A DNA stretch of 64,000 nt from Eledone cirrhosa (Eukaryota), in assembly GCA_964016885.1 (NCBI GenBank), contig OZ024753.1, positions 5,580,001 through 5,644,000 of the forward strand. Direction: 5' to 3'. The notes below the pieces were generated by a model, which was given only the letters and a program-made list of their open reading frames with translations, was not told the origin of the DNA and searched no databases. Numbering within the stretch: the first letter of the stretch is position 1; each line of letters begins with the position of its first letter. The position numbers were made by a program, and so were the translations under genes. Positions 57,003 to 64,000 of the stretch are shown in pieces.

Positions 57003-57202
57003 NNNNNNNNNNNNNNNNNNNNNNNNNNNNNNNNNNNNNNNNNNNNNNNNNNNNNNNNNNNNNNNNNNNNNNNNNNNNNNNNNNNNNNNNNNNNNNNNNN
57101 NNNNNNNNNNNNNNNNNNNNNNNNNNNNNNNNNNNNNNNNNNNNNNNNNNNNNNNNNNNNNNNNNNNNNNNNNNNNNNNNNNNNNNNNNNNNNNNNNNNN
57201 NN
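57003..57202. other. assembly gap (200 N)
   Basis: Run of N. Confidence 1.
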
Positions 57203-57714
57203 TGGAGGAAAAAGGGTGCAGATATCAATGTGTTATATCTAGTAGTATAGTATAGAACGATCCTAAATATTTGTTATTTTTTTTGTTCAAGAGGAATAAT
57301 TTGTTCTAAAAATAGAACAAGTAGAGGAATATAGATGGAACCAAAGAAAAGTAAAAAGTAGATAAAAAAATATATAGGTCAGAAAATTTGTGTAAGTATT
57401 GTATTGTGTTAGAGTGGTCAGAATGAAGCTTTACCTGTAGGGAATTTTATTTTCGAATAAGAAATCTCATTAATAATCTGGTTTTCTTAATAGGTTTAAA
57501 TGTATGTCTGTTAAAGTTTTGTTAGAGTGTCAATATAATGTAATATATAGTGCTTATTAACAGTTAATTATTTAAAACAGTTATAGGGATGAAATATAGG
57601 ATTGAATCTATGGAGTAATTCTAATAGCAAAAAATACACCCCCCCACACACATATATATATATATATATATATTCTTTTATATTTTATTTATTTATTTGT
57701 TTAGTTGTATTTAT

Positions 57715-58770
57715 AATACTTGAATGTCTTTCTAATTCTATAGTTACATGCGATAATTAATTCTTGTCTTTTATTTAATAGAATGTCTTTCGATTTAGTA
57801 ATTTCAAAATTTTCTTGGGAACATAGTCCACACTCTTTTCTATTGCCCTGACAAGAAATGGCTCTTTTGAGAATCTTCCAAATTAGGTTATAATTAATTT
57901 TCTTCTTTTTACAATTATTAACTGCTTCCGCTAAAGAAGTGGTATTAGCTAATCTTGTGTTTCGAAAACTGTGGGTGTGTGCATAAAATCTCGATTAAAC
58001 GGATTAGATGTGGATCCAATATAGGATTTATTAGAGTCCTTAGTGGTAATTATACATTTATACACTATATTATTAATTAAGCAATTTCCATTTAAGGGGC
58101 AATTACTTTTTATTCTACCGTTTGTACATAGGGTTTCAGATGTGCTTGCTATATTCCCAATAACAGTGCTAGTATTTGTATTTACATTTTTATATGAGAG
58201 AAGGGTTTGCGGTTGGGTGGTCATGGCTCGAAGGGTTGTTAGTTGGTGAAATTATAGGGGATATAGTGTTCATAGAATTATGGTTGTTTTGGAAGTTATT
58301 GGTCAGATTGGGTATGAAATTCTTAGTTCCTATTAAGGATGAGGAAGATGGTGGTTGGTTGTAGGCTGATGTATTGTGGTGGTGAGGTGAGTGAGTGGAT
58401 GTAACTGGTGGATAGGTAATAATATTCTGGTTATGCGTGGTAGTATTATTATAGTTAGTTTGTGTGTGGTGTGTTAGAAGTATACATGAAGCTTTTTTAC
58501 ATTTATAGTTGTTATATGCACTTATTTTTTGTTGTATATTGCTCGATGTGGAGTAAGAAAATTTTACTGTGTATCTGTTTAAGATTTCATGGTATTTGTG
58601 GTTAGTTGGGAAATGTTTATCGAGAATTGCAAAAAATGTTTTAGGGATTTGGCCCATAGTTTGCAAGTTAAATGGAGCATTATACCATGTTACGTTTCTT
58701 TTATGGTTTCTAATTGGTTTCCTATTGTTATGTTGGGTATGTCTAGAAGTTTGAGGGTAGATTTTGTTAT
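57715..58770 (-). mobile_element. Penelope-like element C-terminal region with GIY-YIG endonuclease (frameshifted)
   Basis: RNVTWYNAPF..ILDKHFP.NHKYHEILNRYTVKFSYST; CPLNGNCLINNIVYKC..SYIGST..; KSRFYAHTHSF..WKILKRA..CGLCSQE..LLNKRQEL. Confidence 0.92.
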
Positions 58771-58845
58771 AAGATGATACTATATTATTGTGATTGTTAT
58801 CATATTTTATATATATATATGTATATATGTATATATATATGTGTG

Positions 58846-58892
<47 letters not shown>

Positions 58893-59192
58893 TTCCTTTT
58901 TGAATTTGTTGAGCAAGATTTCTTATCTGAAAACGTGTGTTGAAACAGATATTGTTATACTTTGGGAGGGTCATGCTGCCAATAAAACACGCATGCGCAA
59001 ACCAAGCACACAACACACATCACACAAATATATATAAATAAATGAGTGTAACTTTACCAGATTCCTCGATGAAATCTTACGCGAAGAGCATATACCACAA
59101 ACACTAAAGGACTCAGCGCCTAATCTCGCTGAAACCGTCTCTTCAAGGCCACATAAATATATATATATGTATATGTGTATATATGTATATAC

Positions 59193-59267
<75 letters not shown>

Positions 59268-59276
59268 TACACACAC

Positions 59277-59310
<34 letters not shown>

Positions 59311-59314
<4 letters not shown>

Positions 59315-60003
59315 ACATACGTTAACCTTGGTCTTCCTCTTCTAGTGTGTTCATGTAGGGGCTCCCACGGGATCACTGAGTGCAATGTCAACTCTGGATG
59401 TCGGTGAGCATGTCCATCTAACCTCAGTCTCCTCTGTGTCATTTTTGAGCTGACTTTTGGGAGGCTCCCATACATCTCTGATTTTTTTATCCTCAGTGTA
59501 TACTGATTAATGTTCAGAGCCATCCTCAGCATTCTCGTGTAGCACCCATCCACCATCTGAGTGAGATTCTTGGTCAGTGTCCAAGTCTCAGACCCATACA
59601 GCAGCACAGACTCCACTACAGCAATGAAGAGGCGGACTTTCAGGTCTCTACGAAGGTCCGACTTCCACACCCATCTCAAGCTGTGGCACGCCGCCCAGGC
59701 TTTGCTCTTCCTCTCAACCACATCATCTTCCGTATTCCCAATCTTTGCTCCCAAATACAGGAAGTCCTCAACCAATTCCAGCGGCTTCCCGCCTACATTA
59801 GTGATCCCCTCTGGCTTCTCAACATTCTCTACCAGATATTTTGTTTTAGTCTCATTCATTCTCAGCACCACACTCATCGACACAGTCTCAACCTCCCGCA
59901 TCAAATCCTCTGCCTCCTTCACTGTATTTGTCACCAAAACTATGTCGTCGGCAAATTCAGCATCCAATACCTTTTTCGCCCTAACTCTCCTGCTCTGAGC
60001 CGG
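59311..60003 (-). mobile_element. RTE LINE RT C-terminal segment (inverted 5' part of a twin-primed insertion)
   Basis: [53 protein letters not shown], open for ~230 codons. Confidence 0.95.
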
Positions 60004-60106
60004 ACAGACACTGGTCTGTTGGAGACGCAGGATATGGCAGCGATAATGAGGGACAGAGACCGCTGGAGAGAACTCGTCCATGGATCTCGGGAATTTTACC
60101 CGCCTT

Positions 60107-60108
<2 letters not shown>
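60001..60108 (+). mobile_element. RTE LINE extreme 3' end (forward part) followed by (TA)n
   Basis: [35 protein letters not shown], the expected continuation of ..TYVD. Confidence 0.88.
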
Positions 60109-60167
<59 letters not shown>

Positions 60168-60168
60168 C

Positions 60169-60199
<31 letters not shown>

Positions 60200-60207
60200 C
60201 TTTATTG

Positions 60208-60273
<66 letters not shown>

Positions 60274-60285
60274 CCCCACCACATA

Positions 60286-60335
<50 letters not shown>

Positions 60336-61526
60336 AATTATTGCCATCATCGTCATCAAATATACATAGGAGTCCGATAGTGAAATATTGGATTGAACTA
60401 GCGAAATATGTCATATTCATTCGACAAAATTCTTCTGCTATATAAACTATTAATGACAATTTCTCTAGCATCTATGATTAATCTATCACTTGCTTCATTA
60501 TTTTCCCAATATATTCTCGTATTAGTTACTGATCGAATGGTATCTTCTTTGATATCTTAATTCAAGAAAGCTAATACATAAAAATCGTTTTCCCTTGCTA
60601 TATTGTATTTATTTAATATTTTGCTCTGGCATGAGTCGTTTCCTATTTATTTGTGGTCGACAAATATTGTTTTTCATTGTATTTTTATATCGTTTGATGT
60701 TACAAACCGCTGTTTCGTACTTCTGTCTTGTTTGGTTTTAATATCACAGGTCACTGCTCTATTTGATTATCTCATATCTCGCTTGTCTTTCGTGATTCAG
60801 TCACTTTTTGTCTGTTTCAGTCAATCTTTGACTTCTAGCCCAACTGAACGTATTCTTTAATAAGAATTGCCAAATCTTATAAGTCGTTTGAAACAACTTT
60901 GTCTATCTTCTGCCACCATTTTATTTCTATCATTGGTTCACATGTGACAAGTTACTTCAGTTTCTGTCTCTTCAAAGACCACAAACAAAAATGATATACA
61001 TTTTAATATTTATCGTTTTTCCCACATCAATGGGTAGTGGTATTTCTCTTTATTTATGTTCGTTCCTTTCTCGTTCCCTGAATGGTTTTCTCTATTTCTC
61101 TATTTAACTATATATACCTCTCTTTCATTCACTTAGTTTCTCTTTTTTTCTTCTCCCTTGCCTCATTTTATCTGCTTCTCCTTTCATCTATTTAACTCGG
61201 TCTTATATTTTATGTCTATATCTCTGTCTTATATTCTCTCAGAAAATAACCGTGTCACTTTATACCTTCACCTGATTATTACTGTCGCTCCCATACATTT
61301 TCTATTTAAAATGTTCTCTCTCGCTCTTCCCCTTTATTTCGCAATCTCTGACACTCACTCTCTCTCATTCATTCTCTCTCTTGCCCTCTCTGACTGCTCC
61401 TCCCTTTGTATCCAATGCACTCATTCTTTCCCATTATATGTTTATATGTCACTAACTCTCTTATTACCTGTCTCTCTCAGGTACTATAACTTTTTCATCC
61501 CCCCCCCTCTCTCTCTCTCTCTCTCA

Positions 61527-61573
<47 letters not shown>

Positions 61574-61574
61574 G

Positions 61575-61671
<97 letters not shown>

Positions 61672-62374
61672 TTGTTTTCCTCTCGTTCGCTTTTCCTTCA
61701 ATTCTTTCCGTGAATACATACTTTTCTCTTTCCGCTCCTGATTGCTTTCATCATCCTCGTTTCTTCTCCCCCTTCTCTCCCTCTCATACACACAAAGTGC
61801 CCTCACTCTCACTGTCTCTCTCACACACTCCGTCGCTCACTCTCGCTCTCACTCATTCCCGTGCACTATCTTTTTTTCTATTCTACTTTATGTTTTCGTC
61901 TTTCCTCAACGTACCCCCGCTATATATGTCAGTGTATCTACATGCTACTTTGGATATGAAAAGAGAAGAAAGTAGGAATAAATTTACTAAAGCCTATGTA
62001 TACATACAACTATGGATGCGCGTGAAAGCATGTATAATATATATTTTTTACTCCATTTTGACAATTCTTTAGACAAGATTGCAGATTACACGCCAATACA
62101 TACAACGTCTACATTCCACGAGTTTAGAACTTTTTTTTTTTCTTTCGACATTTACGAAAACATCTCCAAATAAGTTGAAGTAACATATCATACGTGAAAG
62201 ATTTCCATATTTTTCTCTTGTCATCCCACCTGTCTCGATATCATCTCAAAAGACTATGACTGCATGACGACTTTAATGATTTATAGAAATATTTCTCAGT
62301 TAAAGAAAAACCGAAAAATAATACATATCAAAAATGTGATACAATAAAATGCAAAACACAAATAACAGGAAATA

Positions 62375-62446
62375 TGATGATAATAACAATGACAATAATA
62401 ATAATAATGATGATGATAATAATAAATAATAATAACAATAATAATC

Positions 62447-62486
<40 letters not shown>

Positions 62487-62697
62487 TAATAAAAATAATA
62501 AATAATAAATAATAATAATAATAATAATAATAATGATAATAAAAATAATAAATAATAAATAATAATAATAATAATAATAATAATGATAATAAAAATAATG
62601 ATGATAATGATGATGATGATGATGATGATGATAGTAATGGTGATGATGCTGATGATAATAATCTGGAAGGAATGCTGTCGGAGAGTACGTGCATGAC

Positions 62698-62736
<39 letters not shown>

Positions 62737-62751
62737 AATGGTAATAATGAA

Positions 62752-62787
<36 letters not shown>

Positions 62788-62857
62788 AATAATAATAATA
62801 ATGATAATAATGATAATGATAATAACAACAACAACAACACCAACAACAATAATAATA
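62375..62857. repeat. (TAA)n/(GAT)n compound microsatellite
   Basis: Direct inspection. Confidence 0.9.
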
Positions 62858-63688
62858 GAGAAGTGAAATGTGCGTTAATGTAAAAAAAATAATGAAATAT
62901 GTTGGCATGTTATCTACACAAGTGAGATTATTGTTGTTATTATTGTTATTATTGGTTTTATTATTATATTTATGAAATGAATAAGAGACACGTGAAAACT
63001 TTCATTTCCTACAATTCGGAGGAAAACGTCTCGGAATCATACACAAAAGTTACAAGATTATTTGAAAAAATTATTTTACGCTATTTTTATACACACACAC
63101 ACGTACATACACACAAATACACACATACATGCACACATGCACACATACGCACACATACGCACACATACAAACATCACTCACACACAAACACACATGCACA
63201 CACACGTGCACACAGAGATACACACAAAACTCAAAGCAAAATTGTGCACACATACATGCATACATACATACAGGTGCACATGCAAACGCATGCACACACA
63301 CGTATGTATTTATGTACACATGTCTGCCTGTCTGTCTGTCTGTATGTGTATATATATATAAACATATGTATACATGCAATATATATATATATATATATAT
63401 ATACTATAAAGTATGTCTATAGAATCATTTGATAATATATATATACACCATTTCCTCTCCCAATTAGCATAATCAACCACACAAAAAATCAATTAAACCA
63501 GGCTATAAGATTAAAAGGCACCTATGAAGAAATAGTAGATAAATAAACGGCAGCCATTTATTCGCGATCAACCGCTATAGAATATTTACCCAACATTTCA
63601 ACAGCACGTGGAAATCGATTAAATATACCGTCAACCATACACAATTAGGTATAAAATTAAAGTTAGAAGAAAAAATGCATATACACTT

Positions 63689-63783
<95 letters not shown>

Positions 63784-64000
63784 ATACATACATACACATA
63801 TATATGTATATATGTGGAATACCTATATGCAGTTATACGGTTGGATGCTGCCACACTCCGATAATGTTAAACGTTTTAGTCAAAAATATAAGTAGAAACA
63901 TTTCCAATTTCTCATTTAGCAGGAATATATTTAACAAAGTGGTGCCTTCTTTACAATAATTCCCTAGCAGCAGGAGGACTTAAGGAAAAATCAGTTACAC

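Noticed and set aside
58924-58960. TAT CTGAAAA..GAAACAGATATTGTT ATA hammerhead-like motif in a TA-flanked island
   Set aside because: C3:A8 mismatch and no credible stem II; at most a fossil
59143-60186. 347-aa ORF as an intact RT gene
   Set aside because: Start and end lie in TA microsatellite, the N-terminal RT motifs are missing, and the ORF spans an inversion junction
61158-62072. 304-aa hydrophobic ORF
   Set aside because: CT-rich low-complexity DNA with embedded microsatellites and no protein motif

Overview
AT-rich, microsatellite-dense eukaryotic DNA. The SINE, MITE and microsatellite content looks like a coleoid cephalopod (octopus) genome, which is an inference. I can support no intact host protein-coding gene; most long ORFs are microsatellite translations and the rest are retroelement fragments. 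Recognisable content: (1) a minus-strand tRNA-Cys cluster at 3.2-6.7 kb with two intact genes, pseudogenes, two GCA->GCT anticodon-shifted copies and one tRNA half fused to a LINE; (2) fragments of RTE, Tx1/L1, R4/Dong-like and Penelope-like (GIY-YIG) retroelements; (3) many tRNA-derived SINEs and several MITEs; (4) a 68-bp satellite and several minisatellites; (5) a ~730-bp fold-back palindrome; (6) a 200-N gap. The most striking unannotated signal is a set of at least seven minus-strand type-I hammerhead-ribozyme motifs with palindromic stem III. They sit in short cassettes next to (TA)n tracts and resemble Penelope/retrozyme elements. Two of them carry the covariant U3:A8 core (UUGAAAA). 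An RTE LINE with a clear twin-priming inversion is also present. All folds and alignments were done by eye.
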